Assembly (NCBI GenBank): GCA_037917625.1
Contig: JAVCBY010000094.1
Location: 1-25,432, forward strand
Source: Thermoproteota archaeon
Lineage (GTDB): Archaea; Korarchaeota; Korarchaeia; Korarchaeales; Korarchaeaceae
Length of the DNA stretch: 25,432 nucleotides
Direction: 5' to 3'
Positions 8,643 to 17,610 of this stretch are shown here, piece by piece. The position numbers were made by a program, and so were the translations under genes. Position 1 is the first letter of the stretch; the number at the start of each line of letters is the position of its first letter. Under the pieces are notes generated by a model. It saw nothing but the letters and a program-made list of their open reading frames with translations. It ran no database searches and was not told the origin of the DNA.

Positions 8643-9870
8643 TTCCGTGATCCCCTGCCCCAGGTAATTTAATTATTTTGGAATAGAGCTCGATAAGCCT
8701 TCTCGATACAATGCCCCAATTCATTTTATTCTCTACGTATTCCTTGCCTCTTCTCCCCATCTCATCTAGCTGATCCATATTTTCGATTATTTTTTTAGCC
8801 AAATCTACATGATTACCGGGTTCGAAGAGGAAGCCGCATCTACATTCATTTATTATCTTTCTGATAGTGCTGAAGTCGGCCACAGCAATAGGCTTCGCGA
8901 AATACATATACTGGAATATTTTATTCGGTAAACTTATTTCCAGCTGCTTACTCCTCACACCGGGGCTTACGCATAGATCCGCGGAGGCTACATAACTCAT
9001 AGCATCCTCGAATGGTAGCCAACCGGTGAATACGACTCTGCCCTCTAACCCTAGATCTCTCACTAAAGCTCTCAGCTTAGGGAGCTTCATACCATCGCCA
9101 ACTATGATGAACTCGAGGTCTAGCTTCCCCTCAAGTTCCTTCACCGCTCTTATAGGCACATCAACTCCATGAACTGGGTCTAACCCTCCAACGTAAACTA
9201 GCCTAAATCTTCCCCCTCTCTCATATCCTTTCCTCTTAATGACCTCTTCAACTTTCCGCATCTCTTTCAGATCGACAACATTCTCAACGCTCACTACTTT
9301 CTCGCTTTTAGCCCCTCTTCTGATTATATCCTCTCTGAAGGCCTCGCTTATAGTAATAATACCGTCGGCTAACCTTATGACGAGCCACTCCTCGAGCCTG
9401 AGGAGGTAGTAGAGAGATCTAGATAGAAATCTCGAGATGAGGGAATCTGGTCTCGCCGCTAAAAGAATTAAACTCGGCCAGTCTTCACGTAGATCTACTA
9501 TAACGGGTATCCTCAAGAGCTTTCCAGCAATTATTGAGGAAAACGCAGCTGGAAGGTCATTGACATGTATCAGGCTGTATTTAGTTTTCCTCCTTCTCAG
9601 CGTTTCCAAAAGGGCTGTGTGCCTGAAGATCGCGTAGTAGAGGATTCCATATATGGTTCCTCCTCTTCTATCTAGGGGAAAGCTCACACGCTTTATGTTG
9701 AGAAGATCTCCTCCCTCTCTCTCAGGTTCACCCTCTCCCCTTCTAACTATGAGATCCACGTGGATCCCCAGATTATTCAGCGTAGAGATCTCCTTCCTAG
9801 TCCTTGGGTCGCGTGGGTAATAATTATCGAAGAGGATCATCAGAATTCTGCTCGTTACCCCCTCGCTCAT
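8632..9870 (-). CDS. Glycosyltransferase family 4 (GT-B)
   Basis: YPRDPRTRKE, LIHVND, VDLREDWP, LVYVGGL, PNKIFQYMYFAKPI; 412 aa; its end overlaps the wecB start. Confidence 0.9.
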   Translation of the reverse strand: MSEGVTSRILMILFDNYYPRDPRTRKEISTLNNLGIHVDLIVRRGEGEPEREGGDLLNIKRVSFPLDRRGGTIYGILYYAIFRHTALLETLRRRKTKYSLIHVNDLPAAFSSIIAGKLLRIPVIVDLREDWPSLILLAARPDSLISRFLSRSLYYLLRLEEWLVIRLADGIITISEAFREDIIRRGAKSEKVVSVENVVDLKEMRKVEEVIKRKGYERGGRFRLVYVGGLDPVHGVDVPIRAVKELEGKLDLEFIIVGDGMKLPKLRALVRDLGLEGRVVFTGWLPFEDAMSYVASADLCVSPGVRSKQLEISLPNKIFQYMYFAKPIAVADFSTIRKIINECRCGFLFEPGNHVDLAKKIIENMDQLDEMGRRGKEYVENKMNWGIVSRRLIELYSKIIKLPGAGDHGNGS

Positions 9871-10061
9871 CAGACGTGAATGAAGTGTCTAATTTAAAAA
9901 TACCCTCTCATCCCATAGTTGCATCACAATTGATAATATTCTTTTTTAGTTTCGATTATCGTATAAATAATAATATCATTACTGCTGAAATTATAAAAAT
10001 ATTCAGTCAGGAGGACGCGTAGTACTACAGAAAAAGACTTAAAGATGCTCCGTTACATGTC

Positions 10062-11009
10062 ATGATGCTCTCCTCAAGCGAACTCAGGGAAGTTCTCTAT
10101 GATCTAGAGAAGTGCGGTATACTAAATAATTTAGGGATCAGAAAATTTTATATAGCACACCCAATAAATGTATATATATTAGCTTCATACTATGCTCAAA
10201 GTCTAGAAACAGATCCTCTCTTAATATTGGATGCGGGGTGCGGTATCGGCTACGGGAGTCGCATAGTAGCACACATATTGTCAAAAAAAGAAAGGAAATT
10301 CAGGATTATTGGTATAGATATTGATTACAATTCCCTGCAGATTGCTAGAAATTTTTTACCACAAGCGGAGTTCAAATTAATTGATTTAGCCTCCGATGAT
10401 GTGTTACGCGAGTTCAGCGAGGGATCTTTCGATCTCATAATCGCCTCTGAGGTAATAGAGCACATACCTTCAAAATATATGGGAAAATTTTTCGAAAATA
10501 TGGAATATTTACTTAAAGAGGGTGGAATCCTCATAATATCAACGCCCCAGAGGGACGTCTACGATCTCTTCACTTATACCGAGGGTCATATCAATGAGAT
10601 GACTGCCCATGAGCTGAGGAGATTCGTCGAGGAGAAAACGAGATTAACTATATTGGATCACTTTGGCAGCGCTTTCATTAAGATTACTATCCTCAGGCTC
10701 CTCACTAGGTTAGGGATGTCCGCTCGGTATCACGATGAGAGAAGGGAGTTTAATATGTTTGTCAAGATCCTAAGAGGTATTATATTTAACGTTCTTTTTC
10801 CAATATCGCCAGATAGTCTACTTATGAGGTCTTTACCATTCAATGATATTACGAAGATGGCTATCTTAATAAAGAGTAGATATTCATTAAGGAGGGTAGA
10901 TGAGGCGTTGCGGAGGGGCGAGGTCCCGACTTTCCAGATCATGGTCCTGAGGAAACAGAGATCATCCTCAACCCAGACTCCGATGGAGGGTCGCTCTAAA
11001 AACACGTAA
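10062..11009 (+). CDS. Class I SAM-dependent methyltransferase, probably acting on surface glycan
   Basis: ILDAGCGIGYG, IIGIDID, SFDLIIASEVIEHI, LLKEGGILIISTP and HINE motifs. Confidence 0.85.
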   Translation: MMLSSSELREVLYDLEKCGILNNLGIRKFYIAHPINVYILASYYAQSLETDPLLILDAGCGIGYGSRIVAHILSKKERKFRIIGIDIDYNSLQIARNFLPQAEFKLIDLASDDVLREFSEGSFDLIIASEVIEHIPSKYMGKFFENMEYLLKEGGILIISTPQRDVYDLFTYTEGHINEMTAHELRRFVEEKTRLTILDHFGSAFIKITILRLLTRLGMSARYHDERREFNMFVKILRGIIFNVLFPISPDSLLMRSLPFNDITKMAILIKSRYSLRRVDEALRRGEVPTFQIMVLRKQRSSSTQTPMEGRSKNT

Positions 11010-11052
11010 AATTTATCATGAGGCAAGTAAATAGAGTTCAGCGGGTGAATAA

Positions 11053-11400
11053 TTAATAGACTTCTCGATCATCCTTTCGATCCCATGCGAACTCTTGGCA
11101 GAGCGAGATACTCAGCTTCTCATTCTCCTATCGTATCCTCCCACCTCGAGAGGGGAAGGGAAACTCTCTAGCTCCACTGAAGGACCCTCAGATATAGAAG
11201 CAGCGAGTAAGAGGAACTGAATACCCTTACTCAGCTTAAGGGGAATCATACATCCAATTCCGCTCCCCTCTACAATGCACTCGCCTGAATTACTCGCTTG
11301 GAAAATTCCCTAGTGGGTCTCTAAGACCTCAAGCAGCTGGGACTCATGAGATCAATAGGATGATGACTCCGAGCGTTAAGCAGTAATATGAGAGCGGGCT
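11053..11400 (-). repeat. Degenerate tandem copy of ~11508-11862 (uppP 3' end, spacer and the 78-aa gene), pseudogenised
   Basis: On +, CAATAGGATGA...CAGTAATATGAGA occurs at ~11353-11393 and ~11815-11854, and GATATAGAAGC...CCTTACTCA at ~11191-11233 and ~11644-11689. The offset is a consistent ~455-462 nt. Confidence 0.8.
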
Positions 11401-11507
11401 TCAGCCTTAACTCCCGATTCTGAGACCTCTTTATACTCGGATTCCTCCAATCACTGTTTTCAGAAGGACTAAAAATGTTCAAATTTTAATATCTTATTGT
11501 GGATATC

Positions 11508-11744
11508 TTAGTAAACTTTTCTGATTATCCTCTCAGTGCCATCCATACTCCTGACGGAGTAGGATACCTCCACCCTCCCGTCATACCTCTTCCTTATCTC
11601 GAAGGAGAAGGGGCCAGATCTGAACTTAGCTGAGAAATCCTCGGATATAGAAGCTGCGAACAAAAGACAATCCCAAATCTCCTTACTCAACTTAAAGGAA
11701 AGGGATACAGCCTCCTGGATCTCGTCCCCCTCCTTTCCCTCCAT
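11508..11744 (-). CDS. Hypothetical protein (78 aa)
   Basis: Host-like codon usage, TTTTTAAG box upstream, and a diverged decayed copy next to it. Confidence 0.65.
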   Translation of the reverse strand: MEGKEGDEIQEAVSLSFKLSKEIWDCLLFAASISEDFSAKFRSGPFSFEIRKRYDGRVEVSYSVRSMDGTERIIRKVY

Positions 11745-11805
11745 AACGCATCATGTCAATCGCTACTTAAAAATATTATGCCAAGTGCATTGAACAGTTG
11801 AGGTC

Positions 11806-12594
11806 TTACATGAGCAATAGGATGACAACTCCAAGTATCGAACAGTAATATGAGAAGAGATGGAGTCTGCCCTTCCTTATCACAGAGAGCAGGAATTTTA
11901 TTGCAATTAAGCTAGTGATGAATGAGCTCAATAGACCCACTATATTCTCTGCGCTCAATATCTCACGAACTGGAGATACGAGTAGCTCTAAGATCAGGAA
12001 TCCAGCTAATGCTGGTATTGAGAGGAGGAAAGAATATCCTATAGCCTCATCTCTCCTCAATCCGCTCAGGAGGGCAGCTGATATAGTGGATCCCGATCTA
12101 GATATCCCTGGGAATATGGCTATGGATTGAGCGAACCCTACGATTAGAGCTCTCTTCAGATCGAGGGGCCTCCCATCCCTAGCCCATCTCGTCGAGTAAA
12201 GTAAGGCTGCTGTGATCAAGAGCCCTGCTCCCACTACCCTCGAGCTCCCGAATATCTCCTCGATATCTCGAGCTAACGCTAAGCCGAGGACGGCTAGCGG
12301 GATCGTACCCACTAAAATATAGAGGGGAAGCTTCCTCTCAGGTAAGGAGAACGCTGAAGGCTTAGGCAGCTCTGAGAGGCCCTCAAAGAATGATTTGATG
12401 ACGCGAAATACTTCCTCATTGAAGGCTACGATCACCGCGAGCAGAGTCCCCGCATGCACTATCGCGTTGAAGGTGACTGAGCTTCGGGATATTAAGATCA
12501 TCTGAATTAAGACGAGATGGCCTGAGCTACTTATCGGGAGCCACTCAGTCAGCCCCTGGATTATCCCTAAGATCAAAGCTTGAGCTATTTCCAT
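11806..12594 (-). CDS. uppP: Undecaprenyl/polyprenyl-diphosphate phosphatase (BacA family)
   Basis: GIIQGLTEWLPISSSGHL, HAGT, PGISRSGSTI and YSFLLSIP signatures. Confidence 0.95.
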   Translation of the reverse strand: MEIAQALILGIIQGLTEWLPISSSGHLVLIQMILISRSSVTFNAIVHAGTLLAVIVAFNEEVFRVIKSFFEGLSELPKPSAFSLPERKLPLYILVGTIPLAVLGLALARDIEEIFGSSRVVGAGLLITAALLYSTRWARDGRPLDLKRALIVGFAQSIAIFPGISRSGSTISAALLSGLRRDEAIGYSFLLSIPALAGFLILELLVSPVREILSAENIVGLLSSFITSLIAIKFLLSVIRKGRLHLFSYYCSILGVVILLLM

Positions 12595-12651
12595 AGCTGC
12601 TCTCGGGACATGATCATTTTAATTTTTATCTAGAGCTAGCGGAGGGGTATT

Positions 12652-12900
12652 ATGGAAGTAAGGGAAGGGAGACTCACAGCTAGGGTAAGTCTGAGGGATG
12701 ATGAGAAGGGGATATCTCTAGATTTAGAGCTCAAGAGGAATGGAAGGCTCGGGTTGAAGATACATGAGAGATTATCTGATATTAAGGAAGTATTGGAACT
12801 CCTAGAGAGGCCTCCTTGGCTCGGGGAGGAATCAAATAGCTTAGTGAGGAAAGCTCTGCTCTCAATAATCGATGCTAAGTTGAGCGGTACTGGAGAGTGA
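12652..12900 (+). CDS. Hypothetical protein (82 aa)
   Basis: GGAGGGG ribosome-binding site, typical codon usage, divergent from uppP across a short AT-rich spacer. Confidence 0.7.
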   Translation: MEVREGRLTARVSLRDDEKGISLDLELKRNGRLGLKIHERLSDIKEVLELLERPPWLGEESNSLVRKALLSIIDAKLSGTGE

Positions 12901-12930
12901 GGCTTATAAGATAGCCCTTCATCCAGCTTT

Positions 12931-13206
12931 ATGAGGAGGCTCAAGGTAATACGCAGGATCGATATTGTGTGCAGAGGAGCTCATAGAGTGGATGAGTACA
13001 GAGCTGAGGGCTACCTCCTCTCGGATCCACCTGAGGTCATAGCTATCATAGTTGAGAGGGATAATGAGAGAGGGGTAACTCCTTACATATGGCTCGGCAC
13101 TTTCAAGAGCTCGGATGAAGCTATGAACTCCCTCAGGGATATGCTGTACAACATAGGGAGGAGGGAGGACAGGGGATTTGGATGTTATGAAGCGATCAAG
13201 ATCTAA
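12931..13206 (+). CDS. Hypothetical protein (91 aa)
   Basis: Typical AGG/GAG codon usage; TTATAA upstream; no family recognised. Confidence 0.65.
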   Translation: MRRLKVIRRIDIVCRGAHRVDEYRAEGYLLSDPPEVIAIIVERDNERGVTPYIWLGTFKSSDEAMNSLRDMLYNIGRREDRGFGCYEAIKI

Positions 13207-13469
13207 TTTCATTACGGAGGCCTCAACCCATCAGATACTCCCATTGAGACTGAGTTGAGATCCCTGAAATTTTCCGAGATCTTCGAAATTTATTCACGGT
13301 AATTGGCGTTCCGAAAATTGAAGCTTATATGGTCAAACAGCTCCTCGAGAGGTATGCAGATGCATAAAATGGACCTCCTGAAGAGGAGTAACTCCCACTC
13401 CTCCAGGGTCATCCATTCATAGATACTTCCTCCTTTAAATTTCTCCAGCCCGATTCATCTGAGCAGTGG

Positions 13470-13670
13470 GTAGCATCATAACTTGCGATGTTCATACACT
13501 CCAAGTGTCGAAAGGGCTTCCTCGATATCCTGTTGAGAAGGACTGATTCCCTCCAGAGCGCATTCCCGATCTCATATGAGTGAGCGTTAATATAAAATTC
13601 CCCTTGAGGTGATCGAGTGAGCCAGGTCCATCTAACTATTCAGTAGAGCTGATGCATCGAATACTATCAT
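13470..13670 (-). pseudogene. vapC: Decayed VapC (PIN-domain) toxin
   Basis: ATG 13670 overlaps the antitoxin stop and gives MIVFDASALLNS*. Other frames give GPGSLDHLKGNFILTLT / YEIGNALWRESVLLNRIS / EEALSTL / NIASYDA, i.e. PIN motifs broken by frameshifts and deletions. Confidence 0.8.
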
Positions 13671-13888
13671 CTCTCCTCACGACTCGCTCTCACAGCGTCA
13701 ACTATCTCCTCCAGTGGAATCTTCTTGAGAATAGCTTGAGCTTTCTCCAGCATTTTCCTTATCTCCTCCCTTCTCCTCACTTCCTCCTCTAGGGCCCTCT
13801 TGATGACATTACTAATCGGAATTCTGTAACTCTTCAATTTTTCGTAGAGCTCCCTCCTCACCTTCGCAGATACTGTCACATACCCCAT
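13667..13888 (-). CDS. VapB-type (CcdA-like, RHH) antitoxin
   Basis: MGYVTVSAKVRRELYEKLK...ISNVIKRALEEEV...VRASREER, coupled to a PIN remnant. Confidence 0.85.
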   Translation of the reverse strand: MGYVTVSAKVRRELYEKLKSYRIPISNVIKRALEEEVRRREEIRKMLEKAQAILKKIPLEEIVDAVRASREER

Positions 13889-14082
13889 ATTATGTCATGT
13901 AGTGTTTATTGTATAAAATACTACAATGAGTAAGAACAAGTCCGCTGCCTCTAAGTTCATGAGGGATTGAGAGGATTAGTAGCTGGATCTCATATCAAGT
14001 TACTGAAGAGCTTCAGACTCATCATCCGCAAAGAGCGGCGAAACATAGAAAACTGAGGGGGAGATGAGTCGCTCCGCTAATC

Positions 14083-14844
14083 TTATTGGCCCCCGGAAGT
14101 TTTATACAAGCGACCGTAAATCGGTCTGAAGTATGCGCATCTATCTGGACTTATCTTGAGCTCCTCAGGATCGAAATCCCCGAACTCAACAGGAGCTCCC
14201 CTTATTATGACGAAGGGGATCAAATCATCCCCCTCGCCCATCAGGAGGTGGGCAGCAGATGCTAGATCATCAGCCACGTTGAGAGTGGTAACTAATATCC
14301 TCTTCCCATAAGCGTCACTCTTCCCCCTGTAATCCCTTATCCCCCTGAAGCCAGCTATCCCTAGGGCGAATCCAGTAGTCCCCATCCTGAGTGGGGAGAG
14401 CTTACTATCAACTATTATGACCCCCACTACTTTACCGGTCCTTCTCATTATCTCATCCCTTATCCTCTTAGCCTCTAAGTTGGGATCCTCCGGCCACAAT
14501 GCTGCGAATCCTTCAGGAGCATTCTTATGATCTATCCCAGCATTAGCGACTAATATGCCATCCTTAACAGTCAATATAGTCCTCTCAGCAGTCCCCAAAA
14601 TGAGATCAGAGTTCCTTATGACTAGTTCAGCGAAACCCGGCTCTAAACCGGATTCCTCAGCTAGCTTCACTGCTTCCTCAGATGGCTCTATGTCATAATT
14701 CACGAACCTCCCCTGGCTAGCAGCTACAGCTTTATCAGCTACAGCTATCACATCTAAGTCCAGGGGATCGTAGAGATCGAGGAGCAAGCTGACTATATCG
14801 TCCCCCTCAACTATCTTACGGGTCCTTATTGCGATTAACTCCAT
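14083..14844 (-). CDS. cofE: CofE-family gamma-glutamyl ligase (F420-0:L-glutamate ligase / FolC2-like)
   Basis: DKAVAASQG, NAGIDHKN, IIVDS, PLRMGTTGFALG, DYRGKSDAYG and ADDLASAAHLLMGEG motifs. Likely start MELIAIRT at 14844, overlapping the mptE end. Confidence 0.9.
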   Translation of the reverse strand: MELIAIRTRKIVEGDDIVSLLLDLYDPLDLDVIAVADKAVAASQGRFVNYDIEPSEEAVKLAEESGLEPGFAELVIRNSDLILGTAERTILTVKDGILVANAGIDHKNAPEGFAALWPEDPNLEAKRIRDEIMRRTGKVVGVIIVDSKLSPLRMGTTGFALGIAGFRGIRDYRGKSDAYGKRILVTTLNVADDLASAAHLLMGEGDDLIPFVIIRGAPVEFGDFDPEELKISPDRCAYFRPIYGRLYKTSGGQ

Positions 14845-15515
14845 CCTCCAACCTCCAGCGGGCATCCTATCTCAATAGATAAATTCAATAACTCTCTAGC
14901 TATCCTCAGCTTCTCCATCTTCCTCCTTATATCCTTACCAGCTGCGATATCATACTCACTCACGGCCTCGAAGTCCATACCAGCTAGCCTTATTGACTTA
15001 GCCCCGCACATACAAGCTAGGAAGACTGATCTATCTCCATCGGTGAAGCCCCCGAAGTTATGAACTCTCTCCGTAGGCTCTACTTGAGTGGTCGCTACTA
15101 GCTCTTGAATGCTGGGGACGAACTTAATTAGCCTCTCCACATTATCCCCATGAGCGTGCAGGACTTTGATGGAGCTCATCGATAGTATCTCCGGAGGACC
15201 GTCTAAATCGCTCACTATAACATCAGGCTCCCTCCCGAAGAGCTTCAAGTAGTTCAGCGAGGCTGCATCAGCTGTTATAACTATGCCACCGAAATCGAAC
15301 CCCCTGCTCAGAGAGGGGCCATTCCCCACGACTAAAACATTCTCACCTCTTATCAAATCTTCTAGCTCCTCAGAGAGGTCCTTCTTCCCGATCATGAGGG
15401 AGTCCATGACTCTAGTAGCCCTTCTATCAGCTTCAACATCTAGCTTCAACCTCTCAGCTATCTTGAAGTAGATGGGCATCCAGAACCCTAGATCTATCTC
15501 CCTCACAGAGGCCAA
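14835..15515 (-). CDS. mptE: 6-hydroxymethyl-7,8-dihydropterin pyrophosphokinase, archaeal type
   Basis: GNGPSL, DVIVSDLDG, VLHAHGDN, TTQVEP, NFGGFTDGDR and LAGMDF motifs. Confidence 0.9.
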   Translation of the reverse strand: MASVREIDLGFWMPIYFKIAERLKLDVEADRRATRVMDSLMIGKKDLSEELEDLIRGENVLVVGNGPSLSRGFDFGGIVITADAASLNYLKLFGREPDVIVSDLDGPPEILSMSSIKVLHAHGDNVERLIKFVPSIQELVATTQVEPTERVHNFGGFTDGDRSVFLACMCGAKSIRLAGMDFEAVSEYDIAAGKDIRRKMEKLRIARELLNLSIEIGCPLEVGGWS

Positions 15516-15525
15516 CTGAGGTCAC

Positions 15526-15537
15526 TTTAAATAAAAA
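15526..15537. promoter_or_regulatory. Putative bidirectional TATA element for mptE and folP
   Basis: TTTAAATAAAAA is the only AT-rich stretch in the 46-nt divergent spacer. Confidence 0.45.
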
Positions 15538-15561
15538 CCACTCAGCTCGAGGGGGGAGAGG

Positions 15562-16779
15562 TTGTTCCTAAGGGCGGACCTCTCTGGAGTCAAGATAGGA
15601 TTAGGTGAGCCTGTTAAAGTAATGGGCGCGATAAATCTGAGTCCTGAGTCCTTCTACAAGGGGTCAGTGGCTAGAGATCCTGATGAAGCCCTGAAGAGAG
15701 CTGAGAGGATGGTGGAGGATGGAGCTTCCGTAATAGATGTGGGTGGGATGAGCACAGCTCCCTATTTAGATACTCAAGTGAGCCCTGAGGAGGAGAAGAG
15801 GAGAGTAATACCTGTCCTGAGGAAGCTCTCTGATTTAGGCGTGCCAATCTCGATAGATACTCAGAGGTATGAGGTAGCATTAGCTGCTGTGGAAGCGGGG
15901 GCCACGATAATAAATGATGTGTCGGGCCTCTCCGATCCCAAGTTAGCGGAGCTTATAGCATCAATGGACCTCTCCTTGATCTTAGGGGCTAGGGGGAGCG
16001 TCATCGGGGAGGATCCGATGAGGGAACTCAGGAAGTTGTTGAGAGAGGCTTTGAAGAGAGCGATTGGGATAAAGGAAGATAGGATAGTCATAGATCCCTT
16101 AATAGGTTTCTTCAGGGAGCAAAAGGTCCCTTGGTACGTCTGGGACTCTGAGGTGATAAGGAGGCTGAGGAGCCTCCTCATACTGGGGAGACCAATTTGC
16201 ATAGGTGTATCGAGGAAATCATTCATAGGGAAGATTACAAGTGAAGAGGATCCTGAAAAAAGGCTTTTCGGGAGTCTCTCAGCTACAGCTATAGCTGTTT
16301 ACAATGGAGCTAGTTTGATAAGGACCCATGACGTTAGGGAGACTGTCCAAGCGATAAGAGTGGCTGAGTTCATAAGGGAGGAAGTTGCTCATGTGAGGGT
16401 AGGGGAGGTAGAAGCCTATCAATTCAGTTTCGATCTGAAAGCTGAGGACCTCGAGGACTTCTTCATCGAGATAGGGTCCCATCCTCAAGGAGCTGCGAGG
16501 ATGTCTGAGAAAGCTGAGATGAGAGTGATATACATGAGGGGGGTCAGTAATCCAGTGGCTCTAGTGATAAAGCAAGAGATGTTAGCATCTGGAGGGGAAG
16601 CAGCTCTCCCATCTAGCTCAATAGTGTTCGGGAGTGAGAGAGTGGATTTAGTCGTGATAGGGAACATGAAGCAACTCAAGAGGTTGATGGAGAAGATGGA
16701 TCTCAACTATAAGATAGGCGGGAGCCTCTCAAAAGATTTCGAAGCAGTTAGGGATGCATTATCAAATTTGATAAGATGA
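15562..16779 (+). CDS. folP: Dihydropteroate synthase with a ~130-aa C-terminal dihydropteroate-reductase-like domain
   Basis: DHPS barrel motifs MGAINLSPESFY, IDVGGMSTAP, SIDT, INDVSG, IDPLIGF, GVSRKSFIG, RTHDV. Extension contains IGSHPQGAARMSEK...ALVIKQEMLASGGEAALP...VIGNMKQLKRL. Confidence 0.92.
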   Translation: MFLRADLSGVKIGLGEPVKVMGAINLSPESFYKGSVARDPDEALKRAERMVEDGASVIDVGGMSTAPYLDTQVSPEEEKRRVIPVLRKLSDLGVPISIDTQRYEVALAAVEAGATIINDVSGLSDPKLAELIASMDLSLILGARGSVIGEDPMRELRKLLREALKRAIGIKEDRIVIDPLIGFFREQKVPWYVWDSEVIRRLRSLLILGRPICIGVSRKSFIGKITSEEDPEKRLFGSLSATAIAVYNGASLIRTHDVRETVQAIRVAEFIREEVAHVRVGEVEAYQFSFDLKAEDLEDFFIEIGSHPQGAARMSEKAEMRVIYMRGVSNPVALVIKQEMLASGGEAALPSSSIVFGSERVDLVVIGNMKQLKRLMEKMDLNYKIGGSLSKDFEAVRDALSNLIR

Positions 16780-17610
16780 ATCAAATTCTTCTCTTATCTC
16801 ATCCAATGTAGAGGATCTCTCAGCGTATATATCGTGCATGTGCACGCTCTCCATACTCCTTACGGCAGCGAAGATATGCGTATCCCCGGGCATTTGTCCG
16901 AACTCCTCTAGGAATAGGTGCAATATCTCCCTGACCACGTCCTCAGCTAGCTTAGCGTTACTCAAGGAGTGGAGTACTAAGCCCCCCTCATCTGGCCTCT
17001 TCGTGTAAGTCCTCAGCGGGGAGCTCATAGCCCTCTCAATTATGCTAGCTAACTTATCCGGATCTGGATGAGCTTCCCTAGTGCTCACCTCTAGTATGCC
17101 CAAGCTCCTCTGAGTGTGGGTCGCTGGAATCTCAGAATTAGTGTAGGCCCTTATGAGCTCAGCTGTGCATGGACAAGCTGTCATGCCCAAGACCTCAACT
17201 CTAGTCTTATTTATGACTCCATTAGAAGCCACAGAGCTTATCTCAACTCTGTAATATTTGAGGGATTTAGAATCTTGAAGGGGAGCATCGAACTTAATTG
17301 AGATACCGGAGGCATCAGCGTAATTCAGCCTCTCAAGGAGCAAAATTGCCACTTCCTTACAGAGGTCCCAAGGCTCTTTAGGGGGATCGGAGAGCTCATA
17401 TATGACTTCCACTTGCCTGCTGAGATCGACCCCTCTCCTCTCCTTAGGTAAGCTGACCCAGATATCTGCATCAGCGAGCAAGAGGAAGCCGTTGAACTTC
17501 ACTGGGACCTTCAGTCCAAAGCTACCAACTCTATCGAGCTTTATCTTGTGAGAAGGGGCCTCTGAATGTATATCTCTTACTCTCTCAAGTAGTTCCTCCG
17601 GAAGCCGCAT
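16762..17610 (-). CDS. mptA: GTP cyclohydrolase, FolE2/MptA family
   Basis: RGVDLSR, MTACPC, THTQRS, KRPDE, EDVVR and ESVHMHD motifs; 18-nt convergent overlap with folP. Confidence 0.88.
   Translation of the reverse strand: MRLPEELLERVRDIHSEAPSHKIKLDRVGSFGLKVPVKFNGFLLLADADIWVSLPKERRGVDLSRQVEVIYELSDPPKEPWDLCKEVAILLLERLNYADASGISIKFDAPLQDSKSLKYYRVEISSVASNGVINKTRVEVLGMTACPCTAELIRAYTNSEIPATHTQRSLGILEVSTREAHPDPDKLASIIERAMSSPLRTYTKRPDEGGLVLHSLSNAKLAEDVVREILHLFLEEFGQMPGDTHIFAAVRSMESVHMHDIYAERSSTLDEIREEFDSSYQI

Noticed and set aside
12636-13212. Minus-strand ORFs 12636-12944 and 12919-13212
   Set aside because: Ser/Pro-rich mirrors of the plus-strand ORFs, which have the typical codon usage (and, for 12652, a ribosome-binding site).
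14083-14844. F420 biosynthesis or methanogenesis inferred from cofE and mpt genes
   Set aside because: No other cof genes or methanopterin-specific genes in the window; the FolP context favours folate.
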